DNA from: an uncultured archaeon
GTDB taxonomy: Archaea; Thermoproteota; Nitrososphaeria; Nitrososphaerales; Gagatemarchaeaceae
Assembly (NCBI GenBank): GCA_963799775.1
Contig: CAWCYD010000003.1
Span: 864,001-928,000 of the forward strand
Direction of reading: 5' to 3'
DNA length: 64,000 nucleotides
The translations under genes and the position numbers were made by a program. Under the pieces are notes generated by a model that saw only the letters and a program-made list of their open reading frames with translations, was not told where the DNA came from and made no database searches. This document shows, one piece after another, positions 18,195 to 28,726 of this stretch; position 1 is the first letter of the stretch; every line of letters starts with the position of its first letter.

Positions 18195-18531
18195 CTCTCT
18201 GGCAAGTCGGGTTGCATTACTAACTCATGTCGGGACATATATTAGCGCCCATGCGGGCTTGCACGGCCCCTCGCCGTATGTCTCGCGGTTTGCGCTACTT
18301 CCCGATGGCCCGAACCAAGGAGAGAACGCTCTCAGGAACCATTTCTTTCCTTTCACCGTCCGCCAAGATCTCGCGGCGAATATCAAACGCCGTCTGAGAT
18401 GACGTTCGAAGATCCCGGTATGGAGACGTGCAGGGAATGCAGCGCCTTGATGTTTTCCGTAGCGGTCTTCCGGAGGTCGAACCTATCGAGGAAGTCGTTG
18501 ACTTGCCTCCAGACCTTCCTACCCCTCATCT

Positions 18532-19398
18532 CTAGACTCCGCCGCACCCGTTTGTGCAGGTGTACCAGGCATCCACGCTTGTGCCGTCGGCGACTACAGC
18601 CAACGGTCGCGTGTTGCCACCTGTGCCCCAGTGGTCGAAGAGAACATCGTGGGTTGAGCCATGGCACAGATCGCAGTCACTAGGATAGATGTAGTACGTG
18701 GCACCCACAGTCAGACCGGTGAAGGTGTGCCCGCCTTCGTCTGCGAATCCTGTAGCGACCACGTTACTACAGCCGGGGTCGGAACAGAGGCTGACCCACA
18801 TCGACGCCCCGGGGCCGGAGCAGCTCGTGGTGCACCACGCGGTCGGGTTGGCGCAGGCCGTCGCGAAACATGGGGCCCAGTAAGTAGCGTAGACCCTGTG
18901 GTCATAGATCGTTATCGTTCCCGTCCCGCTTCCAACGCTGGTCGATGTAGTGGTTGTGGTACTAGTTGTTGTAGTGGCAGTAGTGCTGGTAGTCGTAGTG
19001 GTGGTGGTCGGCGTCCCGGGGGTGACTTCGCCGTAGGATCCGTACGTAGTCTGTGAGCCGTACGGGCCGGCAAGGATGTACGAGGTCCCTGATGGGTAGT
19101 ACGCGCCGGCGGCGTTATTGGCAGCCCCTGGACTCGCAAAGTTGCATTGGACCACGCTGACTCCGCCCGGTACGCTATCGCCAAAGGCCCAGGGGTTCGA
19201 AGGCGGAAGAGGCGTCGACCCGGTGATGGTCTGAGGGCAAGAGCTCGACGAGGTGGTCGAAGCGGTGGAAAACGAAGTGGCGCCTGCGTTAGCGAAAGAT
19301 AAGGTGATCATAAGAATAGAGGCTAGAATGGCCAGTGGCGTCCTAAGGGCCCGTTTCATGAATGCATTACAGCGGAATCTTCGAAATGGATATCCCAC
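18532..19398 (-). CDS. Secreted protein with Thr-rich linker and Cys-rich C-terminal domain
   Basis: Signal-like ALRTPLAILASILMITLSFANAGA, poly-Thr linker, many Cys in the last ~130 aa. Confidence 0.7.
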   Translation of the reverse strand: MGYPFRRFRCNAFMKRALRTPLAILASILMITLSFANAGATSFSTASTTSSSSCPQTITGSTPLPPSNPWAFGDSVPGGVSVVQCNFASPGAANNAAGAYYPSGTSYILAGPYGSQTTYGSYGEVTPGTPTTTTTTTSTTATTTTSTTTTTSTSVGSGTGTITIYDHRVYATYWAPCFATACANPTAWCTTSCSGPGASMWVSLCSDPGCSNVVATGFADEGGHTFTGLTVGATYYIYPSDCDLCHGSTHDVLFDHWGTGGNTRPLAVVADGTSVDAWYTCTNGCGGV

Positions 19399-19569
19399 TA
19401 ATCTTAGGTAATCATCTTATGGGAGCTAAGTGCGTCAAAGGGACAGGGTCGGCCTCCCCGCGAGGAGGATTGCCATTACAGAGTTGGCAGACCTTTGGCC
19501 AATTCGGCTATTTATGGTAGAAACAGGCAGCAAAAACACAATTAACGGCTCGCCAGCCATGCGGCTGAG

Positions 19570-20315
19570 ATGGGGACCGCGAGTGTTGCAGGTAATCTTG
19601 TTCGCGACCCCGTGGCCGCGCTTCGCTTTCTAGGCGGAGGAAAGGAGGGAATCCATCGCTTGGCGGTCGCACGGCTGCTAGGCATTGGTTCTCAAAGATT
19701 GGACGGGCTCTATCTGGAGCTTCAGAGAAGAACGCGATTCGCAGAACACGTGAAGGCTGCTGCAGCCTCAGCCGGCAGGCCGCTCGGCGGCTTTGTGAGA
19801 CCTTCTGACCTTTATGTGATATGCAGGTATCTGAGACCGAAAACCGTCGTCGAGACCGGTGTCGCCAGCGGGCTGTCGTCTGCCTATATTCTTCAAGCTC
19901 TTGACGATAACGGTATCGGGAGACTCTACTCCATCGACCTACCAAACGCCGATACCGAGGAGCTGCTCGGGAAGGTCATGACCAACTTGCCGGAGGGGAG
20001 TGAGCCAGGATGGATGGTTCCAGAGTGGTTGAGATCAAGGTGGGGCACATTCGGCTCGGTAAGACGCTCAATCTACTACCTCCCCTGGTCAAGGAGCTGG
20101 ACACGATCGACGTCTTCCTCCACGACAGCGAGCACACTCGCGAAAACATGACCTTCGAGTTCGAGGAAACGTGGCCAAAGATACCGAGTGGAGGCCTGCT
20201 GTTGTCTGACGACGTGAACTTGGCCGTAACCGGAGGAGCATTCTACGAATTCGCAGCTAGAGCAGGAAGAAGACCTGCGCGCATCTATGCCGGCTACGGC
20301 GCCATCAGGAAGTGA
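19570..20315 (+). CDS. Class I SAM methyltransferase (Methyltransf_24-like), frameshift near 20043
   Basis: VVETGVASGLSS, LYSIDLP, IDVFLHDSEHT, GGLLLSDDV. Confidence 0.85.
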
Positions 20316-21565
20316 AGGATCGGCTGATCATGCCGGAGCCGAAAAAAGGCCGCGCCAGACAAAAGGCAGTCATACTTCTTTCCAACGACTTGTCGCATCC
20401 CTCACTCTCGAAGCAGCAGTACGCATTCTCTTGGAGAATAAACAGGCTCAGGCCTCTGCTCAGGCAAGGCTATGCGGTGGTCATCGTCGCCGCAGGTGGG
20501 AGAGTCAACCGACGAGGCTTGCCCAGCATCTCCGGCCTCAAGCCTAGCATAAGGACAGATGGGAACACGATCCTCATTTCGCCGCCTGTAATCCGCATCC
20601 CGATGCTTTGGCTCTTCCAGAGCCTTTTCCTCACTCCGCTCTGTGTCTTTCTCTATTGTAGGGCCAGGGGTCTGCAGGTCGAGGCCATATTCGCAGCCTC
20701 CGTTCCCTATGGCGCGGTTGCCAAGGTGCTCAACCGTCTTCTCAGGACTGTGCTCATAGTGGATTACGGAGATCCTGACTTTTCAAGAGAGAGGTCTCTC
20801 GGACTAGCGGTCCTGCTGTTCCTGGAGCGATACGTGCTCGCCAGGAAGGGGGTGGACGCCGTGACCTGCATCGACCCCAACATCGGGAGGTACATGGAGC
20901 GGTACGGAGTGCGAGCCACTTTTCTCCCTCCGGGAGGATTCTGGAAGGAGCCTCCGGGGCCGGAGCAAGAGAAGACGCTCAAGCGCGAAGAGGAGCCCGA
21001 TGGCTATGTCGTTTACGCGGGCCACGTCGCTCCGCCTCCAGCGTACAGGCTCGATTTGCTGGCAGAGGCTGCGCCTGAGATATTGAAGCAAAGACCTGAA
21101 TCTGCGATCACAGTGGTCGGGGATGGGGCATATTTGCCAGCGCTCAAGAAGAAGGTGAGGGAGCTCAAGCTTGAGAAAAGATTCCAATTCTTGGGGTCCG
21201 TGTCATACGAGAAAGCGAAGGAAAAGATCGCCGGGGCAGCCGTCGCTGTCCAACTCCTTAACGACATGTGCCTTGGGACCAAGGTCGTGGACTACTTCGC
21301 GGCGGGGAAGGCTGTGGTCTCCTGCGGCGCCTGGCACGCCTCCTATGATGAGTTTCTCATCGATGGAGTAAACTGCCTCCTCGTTCCCCCAGACGCGAGC
21401 AAGCTTGGGGAGGCAATCATCGAGCTTCTCTCCAGGCCCGATCTCAGGGAAGCACTCGGGAGAAAAGCGTTCGACACCGTATCAAGGTACGACTACGATT
21501 CTCAGGCGAAGGTCATCCTCGGGTTGATTGCTCAAGCTCGGTCCAAGAAAGCGGTCTCGCTATAG
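20312..21565 (+). CDS. Glycosyltransferase family 4-like
   Basis: VVYAGH, TVVGDG, TKVVDYFAAGKAVV, LLVPPD. Confidence 0.85.
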   Translation: MKDRLIMPEPKKGRARQKAVILLSNDLSHPSLSKQQYAFSWRINRLRPLLRQGYAVVIVAAGGRVNRRGLPSISGLKPSIRTDGNTILISPPVIRIPMLWLFQSLFLTPLCVFLYCRARGLQVEAIFAASVPYGAVAKVLNRLLRTVLIVDYGDPDFSRERSLGLAVLLFLERYVLARKGVDAVTCIDPNIGRYMERYGVRATFLPPGGFWKEPPGPEQEKTLKREEEPDGYVVYAGHVAPPPAYRLDLLAEAAPEILKQRPESAITVVGDGAYLPALKKKVRELKLEKRFQFLGSVSYEKAKEKIAGAAVAVQLLNDMCLGTKVVDYFAAGKAVVSCGAWHASYDEFLIDGVNCLLVPPDASKLGEAIIELLSRPDLREALGRKAFDTVSRYDYDSQAKVILGLIAQARSKKAVSL

Positions 21566-21569
21566 CAGC

Positions 21570-22829
21570 TCAGCGCTGCGCTATGACTTCCGTGTAGATC
21601 TCCTCCAACCTGCGGCCAGCGTACCCAATCGTAAATCGGTCCGAGAGCTCTCTGCCCTCCCTCCCTTTTTGTTCGAGAACCTCAGGCCTTTGAAGATATT
21701 CCAGAAGGGTGCGCCCCGCGACTCCGGGGTTCTGGTCTACGAGAAAACCGCCTACTTGATCTATCTCATCGCGCGGATTTCGCTTGAAGGCAGCGACAGG
21801 TCTGCCGCAGGCGAAGGCCTCGATGGTGACCGAGCCCTCGTTCAGCTTCTCAAGTGGGTAAGGGACGAAGACCAATTCGACCGCAGCGTAGAAGGTAGCC
21901 AATCGGTCGTGGTCGACGCGCCCATAGATCTTTACCCGGTCTGAGAGCCGTCTTTCCCTCACATACTGGGCTAAGTCTTCCTCGCCGGGTCCCCATCCAA
22001 TGATGTGGAGAATGCAATCTGAGAGCCCCTGACTACCGGCCTCAGCGAAGACATCGACCAGGAGATACGGGTTCTTCGCAAACCCGATCGAATGTCGAAG
22101 CGGGATAAAAGTCACGGAGAGAATGTTGGTCTTGGTCGGATCCATTCCCACCTGGGCCTGGGACTTTGACTTGTCGAGTTGATGAAAGACATCTGGGTCG
22201 ATTATGGGGGCGTCGAAGTGTTTCTGCTTGGCTCGCTTCACACCGAGGAAGGTCGTTAGGGCTCGAATCTCAGACTCGTAGTCCCCAACGAGGACACCAT
22301 CGCAGGCCTTCATGCTCGGAGACAAAAGCACTTTCCAGACGGAAGCGGGCAAGGCCCCGCTGGGGAGTGAACCTCCGGTATACTGGCAAACTGTAGCAAA
22401 CCGGGACGCTGTCAGGAATGCGGGGAGAAAGAACAGGGAATAGTAGCTGGAGTAGTGCAGGACGTCGATCTCGTCCGCGGAGGCCTGCCGAAACAACCCA
22501 AGGGTGAAGGGAGTGCCCTGCAGGAGCCTCAACTCTGTGGTGTAGCCGCCCTCGTATCTCTTAGGCCTGAGAAGGGACCTGGGGGCAAGAATTCGATCGT
22601 AGACGGGGATTCGTTTCACAAGGTGTCCGAACTTGTGAGTGTAGGTGACCGGCTTGTCTACGCCGATGGAGGGGACGTATTTGATGCACTCGTGCCCCCT
22701 CCGGGCGAGAGAGAGGCAATAGTAATCGAGGTACGAGCCCCACCCGAGAGATTTATCCCAGGGGACGAACCTCCCCTCGAGAAGCTCGGTAACGACCATC
22801 CCGACCCTCAAGTCTGTCAGACGGGGCAT
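21570..22829 (-). CDS. Glycosyltransferase family 4
   Basis: HIIGWGP, EGSVTIEAFACGRPV. Confidence 0.85.
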   Translation of the reverse strand: MPRLTDLRVGMVVTELLEGRFVPWDKSLGWGSYLDYYCLSLARRGHECIKYVPSIGVDKPVTYTHKFGHLVKRIPVYDRILAPRSLLRPKRYEGGYTTELRLLQGTPFTLGLFRQASADEIDVLHYSSYYSLFFLPAFLTASRFATVCQYTGGSLPSGALPASVWKVLLSPSMKACDGVLVGDYESEIRALTTFLGVKRAKQKHFDAPIIDPDVFHQLDKSKSQAQVGMDPTKTNILSVTFIPLRHSIGFAKNPYLLVDVFAEAGSQGLSDCILHIIGWGPGEEDLAQYVRERRLSDRVKIYGRVDHDRLATFYAAVELVFVPYPLEKLNEGSVTIEAFACGRPVAAFKRNPRDEIDQVGGFLVDQNPGVAGRTLLEYLQRPEVLEQKGREGRELSDRFTIGYAGRRLEEIYTEVIAQR

Positions 22830-22909
22830 CGACTCCGCTTATTAGGAATGAGGGGGTCGAGTGCTCTCTGGCCAGAGCTGGTTCTATCGGAAAGCACTAA
22901 AGCAGTTTC

Positions 22910-23911
22910 ATGTTAGGGTCTGACAAATTGGCGAAGAGGAGCCTGGCCGGCCAGAATGTAATGGTGACTGGAGGTGCCGGGTTCATCGGGAGCCACCTAG
23001 CAGATAGAATCATGGAGGAAGAACCCGCGAAGCTCGTCGTCCTCGACGACTTTTCCCTCGGAAAGATGAGGAACCTAGCATCGCTCAGGAGCCACCACGA
23101 GACAAAGGTCAAGGCGCAAGACGCCAACGATTATCCAAAGCTGCGAAAAGTACTGGACGAGGAGAAAATCGACGTGGTTTTCAACCTCGCCGTGATACCC
23201 CTTCCCAAGTCGCTGGAGCTTCCTTTGGAAACGGTGCTCACAAACGTGACAATAACCACGAACCTCTGCGAGCTGCTAAGGAAAGGGACATTCGATGTGC
23301 TTGTTCACTGCTCTTCTTCAGAGGCGTACGGAACTGCTCTCTATGTTCCCATGGACGAAGAGCACCCTGAGAACCCCCTCACGCCCTATGCAGCGAGCAA
23401 GATCGCGTCGGACCAGGTCGCCGTTTCCTACTTCAAGACCTTCGACCTTGACATATCGATCGCGAGGCCCTTCAACTGCTATGGACCACGACAAAACGAG
23501 AAGTCGTACGCCGGCGTCATCCCTCTGACCATAGAGAGAATTTTGAGGGGGAAGGCCCCGGTGGTCTTCGGAGACGGCAAGCAGACCAGAGATTACACTT
23601 TTGTCGAAGACACAGTCGAAGGCATCGTCGGGGTCTTCGGCTGCGAAGGGGCGAGAGGAAGGATTGTGAACATCGCCAGTGGAAAGGAAGTGAGGATAGG
23701 CCTACTGGTTGAAAAAATCGCAAAGATAATGGGTTGGAAGGGGAAGGTCGTCCACAGGCCCGCTAGGGCGGGAGACGTCTTGCGGCACAAGGGCGACATT
23801 TCTCTAGCCAAGAAGCTCTTTGGATACATGCCGAAGACGAATTTCGATGAGGGCTTGAAAGAGACGGTAGCCTGGTACTCACGCGAGCTTAAATCCCCGC
23901 AGAACTCCTGA
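22910..23911 (+). CDS. NAD-dependent nucleotide-sugar epimerase/dehydratase
   Basis: VTGGAGFIGSH, SSSEAYG, YAASK, RPFNCYGPRQ. Confidence 0.93.
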   Translation: MLGSDKLAKRSLAGQNVMVTGGAGFIGSHLADRIMEEEPAKLVVLDDFSLGKMRNLASLRSHHETKVKAQDANDYPKLRKVLDEEKIDVVFNLAVIPLPKSLELPLETVLTNVTITTNLCELLRKGTFDVLVHCSSSEAYGTALYVPMDEEHPENPLTPYAASKIASDQVAVSYFKTFDLDISIARPFNCYGPRQNEKSYAGVIPLTIERILRGKAPVVFGDGKQTRDYTFVEDTVEGIVGVFGCEGARGRIVNIASGKEVRIGLLVEKIAKIMGWKGKVVHRPARAGDVLRHKGDISLAKKLFGYMPKTNFDEGLKETVAWYSRELKSPQNS

Positions 23912-23920
23912 CCAAGGCGT

Positions 23921-24328
23921 TTGGCCAAGGCAAACATGGCCAGGTTCGTGGCGCCGAACGCGACATTGCTAGGGAAGAAGCTTCGGGTCGGAGAAGGAAC
24001 TTGGATAGGCTTCTACTGTCTCATCGACTCGCAGTTAGCCTCCCTGAGGATAGGAAAATGGTGCGACATCTCGTCCGGAGCTCACATCTACACTCATTCG
24101 ACACATCTCCGCTGCACTGAGAGGGGGAAAAAGATCATAGGGCCTGTGACTATCGGTGACCATGTGTTCATCGGCGCCAATTCGGTGATACTGCCCGGTA
24201 CCAAGATAGGGCATCATTCGCTTGTTGGGGCACTTTCAGTTGTGAAAGGCGAGTTCCCACCGCATTCTCTCATCGTCGGGGCGCCGGCCAAACTCAAAGC
24301 TTCATTGGAAAAAGCAGGCACCGGGTAG
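23921..24328 (+). CDS. Hexapeptide-repeat acyltransferase
   Basis: IGKWCDISSGAHIYTH, VTIGDHVFIGANSVILPG, VGAPAK. Confidence 0.9.
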   Translation: MAKANMARFVAPNATLLGKKLRVGEGTWIGFYCLIDSQLASLRIGKWCDISSGAHIYTHSTHLRCTERGKKIIGPVTIGDHVFIGANSVILPGTKIGHHSLVGALSVVKGEFPPHSLIVGAPAKLKASLEKAGTG

Positions 24329-24369
24329 ACACCTGATAGTCCTTGCGGCCAATTCCCTAGAGTAGAGAC

Positions 24370-25334
24370 TTACGAACTTCGGATCAATTCGAGGACTTGG
24401 TCTCTTACGGCATATCTCTGGATGGGACTGTCGCCGATGAACTCTCGCATTATCTTTGGATGGTCGCCTTCGGGTATGGTAACCATCCCTTGAGGATAGT
24501 TTGCCGTCGCGACGCTGGAATTTGCATAAGCATCTCGAAGCATCTTCATCGCGCTCCTCCAGAAATCCTGCGGCTCGCCGTTGGCCATAGATTCTAGAGC
24601 CTTCATCATGTTCTGGGGTTCGTCCGTCTCAGCGCCGAAGAGCTGCGCGTGCCCCTTCATCTTCTCCAGGAAGTTCGCGGGAAATAGCGAGTAATACCTG
24701 AAGACGGGCCTCGGGAGGTCGATGGCCCTCGTGAACTCGCCGAAAGATGGGTCCGCGTACACCCTTTCCATGCCTCTGTATAGGTAGACGATGAGCATCA
24801 TGGGATGAAGTAGGTTTCTGAACGTCTCACGGCGCACGAATGACCGATTTATGCCCAGCGTCCAAGCGTCGTCCACGGCCTCAACGTAATCCAGGTTCTT
24901 GCTGAACCTCAACCTGAAACCCTCAAGGAACCTCAAGTTGTTGAGTAGATACATGAAGGGGAAACTGAAGGTACCTTACCGTCGGCAACATCTCGGGGAG
25001 CTCAGATATGTATTTGGTGCTCTCCTCATGCACGATTTCGTTTGCCTGCAAGTAGAAAATGTAGTCGGACTTGCAGCGTCGCCTGACAGCGTTCGTCACC
25101 TCCTTGTAGACTGCACCCCCCTTTTTCTTGTTGATGGGCCATTCGTCTTTGAAGAGTCTTATCTTTCGGTTTAGTGCGCTGGCCTTCTCGAGGGCTTCAT
25201 AGGTTCCCGTCCGTGGAATACCCGTCCGAAACGAGAAACTCGTCGCAGATGGGCAGGGCGGATGCTATCGTCTCCAGAAACGGATACCCTTGGACTATCC
25301 CATTCCTGATAGTTGTGAAACCCGTTATCCCCAT
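24370..25334 (-). CDS. Glycosyltransferase family 2 (frameshifts near 25205 and 24975)
   Basis: Hand translation: MGITGFTTIRNGIVQGYPFLETIASALPICDEFLVSDGYSTDG..YIFYLQANEIVHE, continuing into ORF 24370-24954. Confidence 0.75.
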
Positions 25335-25346
25335 CTTCGTGCCTTC

Positions 25347-26501
25347 CTAGAGCGAGATCTTCGCTAAAGAGTCGACCACGTAGGCCTGTTGCTCCTCGCG
25401 TAGCGATTCGAAGAGGGGAAGCGTAAGCGAGCGCGCATAGAGCTTCATGCTGTTCTTTAGATCGCTGGCGGCTCTGACCCCCTTGAACGCGGGTTGACTC
25501 TTGAGAGAATACGTCCCCACCTGGGTTTCAATGCTGAACTTTTCTCTCATCAAGCGCATGCATCGGATGGTATCGGGGAATGACTTTCCCAGCACCAAGA
25601 CGAAGGACTGGTACGTGTGATACGCCCAACTCTCCTCGGTGGGTGCTTTGACATCTAGCCTTCTAGACCTAAGCAGTTCCTGGTACACCTTCGCCTGTCT
25701 CCTTCTGGAACTGATGATCGCATCCAACTTTGCAAGTTGCGCGATTCCGATGGCCGCGTGCACGTCGCTCATTCGATAGTTTAGCCCGTTGTAACGGAAC
25801 TCAATGTTCTCTTTCTTGTTCTTGACCTGACCGTGACTCCGCATCGCGACCGCCTTGTCATAGACATCCCCGTCATCGGTTGCCAGGCATCCTCCCTCCG
25901 CAGTCGTCAGCAACTTTCGGGGATGGAAACTGAAACAGACCGCCCTGCCCGAGCTTCCGACGAGCCTCCGTCTATACCGAGTCCCGATGGCGGTAGCGGC
26001 GTCCTCTATCACTTCAATGCCCGCTTTCTCTGCCATCTCGTAGATTTCGTCCATCTCAAAGGGATGCCCAAACGGATGGACCGGCATTATAGCGCTCGTT
26101 CTATTTCTGATTGCCCTCGAAGTCTCTGAGGGGCTTATCGCATAAGTCCTGTCGCTGACATCTACGAAGACGGGTTTGCACCCACCCCTGATCACCACAT
26201 TGGCTGTAGCGGGGAACGTGAAATCCGGAACGATTATCCCGCTGCCTTTTTTCAGTCCCAGCGACTCGATCGCGAGGCTGAGCGCCGTAGTGCAAGATGA
26301 GGTCGCAACAACATACTTGGCGCCGAGGAACCGAGCGAGTCCCGTCTCGAATTCTTTGACTTTGGGGCCTTGCGCCAACCAGCCAGATTCGAGGACGCTC
26401 TGGATTTCTCGGAGCTCTTCTTCCCCCACAGATGGACGGATAAGAGGGATGAACTTGCTCGTCGCCTTATGGGTGGGCTTCGTAGCACTCGCTTCTTGCA
26501 T
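25347..26501 (-). CDS. DegT/DnrJ/EryC1/StrS sugar aminotransferase
   Basis: SSCTTAL, IEDAATAIG, FSFHPRKLLTTAEGG, GLNYRMSD. Confidence 0.93.
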   Translation of the reverse strand: MQEASATKPTHKATSKFIPLIRPSVGEEELREIQSVLESGWLAQGPKVKEFETGLARFLGAKYVVATSSCTTALSLAIESLGLKKGSGIIVPDFTFPATANVVIRGGCKPVFVDVSDRTYAISPSETSRAIRNRTSAIMPVHPFGHPFEMDEIYEMAEKAGIEVIEDAATAIGTRYRRRLVGSSGRAVCFSFHPRKLLTTAEGGCLATDDGDVYDKAVAMRSHGQVKNKKENIEFRYNGLNYRMSDVHAAIGIAQLAKLDAIISSRRRQAKVYQELLRSRRLDVKAPTEESWAYHTYQSFVLVLGKSFPDTIRCMRLMREKFSIETQVGTYSLKSQPAFKGVRAASDLKNSMKLYARSLTLPLFESLREEQQAYVVDSLAKISL

Positions 26502-26505
26502 TAGC

Positions 26506-28411
26506 CTACGCCACGATCCCTAGGCCTTTTGCTGGAGACTCTGAACGTCCCTCCTCCACATACATCCTATACCAAATCACAAATGTAATCAACGCGAAGA
26601 GCTTGCTTGAGTTGAGGTACGGGTCCGCCACCAATGATTTCACAGCCTGGCCGTCGAAAAGACCGGTATAGCCTCTGGCTACGACAGGATCTAAGACTTG
26701 GGGAACAATATCCTTCCAATCCTTCTTCATCCATGACTCGATTGGGGCGCCAAAGCCGTGCTTTTTCCTCATGACTATTTCTGACGGCACGAGTCCCTTC
26801 TTCACGGCCATCTTCTTCAGGATGTATTTCGTCTCCCTTCCTCTCATCTTCATGTGGGAAGGAATCCTCTCAATCAAGGTAACGAGGTCCTGATCCAGTA
26901 GAGGGCATCTAGCTTCGAGAGAGACGGCCATGCTCATCCTGTCCACTTTTACCAGAATGTCCTCCTCCAAATAGCTACGGACAGTCGCGTAGTCCACAGA
27001 GTCGAGCGGATTCTTCGAAGAGCTATCCTTCACCAGTTCCTCCATGTAAGAGTATGTGTCTATTGGAGCGTGAGCCTTGAGATGGCCTTGTGAATAAAGC
27101 CCCCTTAGTCCATCGGAATCGTAAAGGGACATCCTCATCGCGAATCTCTCGCCATATGTCTGGTTGCCGTAACCCTTCTCATACGCGTGTTTCGCTAACC
27201 GCTTGAGCTGCGTATCGACCGGGAAGTTGGTCATAGCCTTCAAAGCCGGTTTTCTAATGACCTTGGGCACCTTCGAGTAGAGCGCGTAAGAGGCAGGGTC
27301 GACGAGAAAAGGATAGCCCATGAACAACTCGTCACCCCCATCGCCGCTCAGGGCGACAGTGACCTCTCGTCGCGTGACCTCAGAGAGATAGTAAGTGGGA
27401 ATCATCGAATGGTCCGCGAATGGCTCATCAAAGTGCCAGATCAAGGTCGGAATGGACCTTGTAGGCGTCCGGAGTGACAAAGTACTCGTGGTGGTCCGTC
27501 TTCAAAAAGTCGGCAACCTTCCGGGCGAAACCGGTCTCGCTCACTCCTTCGTTGAAGCCGATTGACACCGTCTTGATCGGTTGGTCGGACAGCCTGGTCA
27601 TGAAGGCAACCACTGTGCTCGAGTCTATCCCTCCTGACAAGAAGGCGCCGAGGGGAACGTCGCTTCGCATGCGTACTCTGACCGCGCTCTCAATCGACTC
27701 ATAGAGCAAGTCCACAAGGGTGTCTTCGGTAAGAGAGTCGTCGGGTCGAAGCGCAAAGTCCCAATACCGAGTTATCTGGAGATTCCCGCTCTCGTAGGTC
27801 GCGTGGCTGCCTGGTGGCAATTTGCGGACTGCCTTGAAAATAGAAAGCGGGGAAGGCACATACATGTAGGTAAGAAAGTGGTCAATCGCGTCGTAGTCCA
27901 GTTCTTTCCTGAGACCCTCATAACGGAGAATCGACTTTAGCTCGGAAGCGAAGAGCAGGACGCCGTCTGCCAGCGCGTAATAGAGAGGCTTCTTGCCGAA
28001 TCGGTCCCTTGCTAGGAACAGTCTCTTCCTCCTGGTGTCCCAAATCGCGAAAGCGAACATGCCCCTGAAGTGCTTGACACAGTCGAGCCCCCAGGTTTCG
28101 TAAGCGTGCACGAGAGTCTCCGTGTCAGACGACGTGTAGAATCTGTGTCCGAGTTTCTCTAGTTCCTTCCTGAGCTCCTGGTAGTTGTAGATCTCGCCGT
28201 TGAAGACAGTCCAGATTGAGCCGTCCTCGTTGTGGATTGGCTGGTCTCCCGTCGCGAGGTCTATGATGCTGAGCCGGTCAATCCCAAGGCCCACGTCCGA
28301 GTCTAGGTAGTAGTCGGTATCGTCGGGGCCCCTGTGCCTTATCGCCTCGCACATGGATTTCAGAAGCGGCTTGTCGGAGAGCCCCACAAATCCACAGATG
28401 CCGCAACCCAT
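26506..28411 (-). CDS. asnB: Asparagine synthase (glutamine-hydrolysing)-like amidotransferase, frameshift near 27455
   Basis: CGICG, HRGPD, RDRFGKKPLYY, LSGGIDSS, LSGDGGDELF, KVDRMSMAVSLEAR, KKHGF. Confidence 0.92.
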
Positions 28412-28726
28412 CCTGCTTTCTGAGCCTTCAGTCGTTTATGAAGATGCTGGCGCTTTTTGGTGGCTTTCGAGTTAGCGCCTCCCTTGAGAGCATCACGGTG
28501 AACCTCTGATATTCCGGTCTCCCATCGAACTGCATCGTTGCCCTCCCCATCTTTCCGTTCGTCCTTACGTGGTTTGTGGAAGAACCTGAAGACCCACATC
28601 CAGAGGCTGACGTGCTCTTCCGCAATCCTGCCTCCAGCCGGCTCTTGGCGTAGGGGCATCCGTATTGCGCCGCTAGGGGCGAATCCACATATACCGGTAT
28701 TAGTAACTAATAGGGGTATTAGCACA

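Noticed and set aside
17936-18238. 100-aa minus-strand ORF
   Set aside because: Shadow of the AbrB gene on the plus strand (18033-18194).
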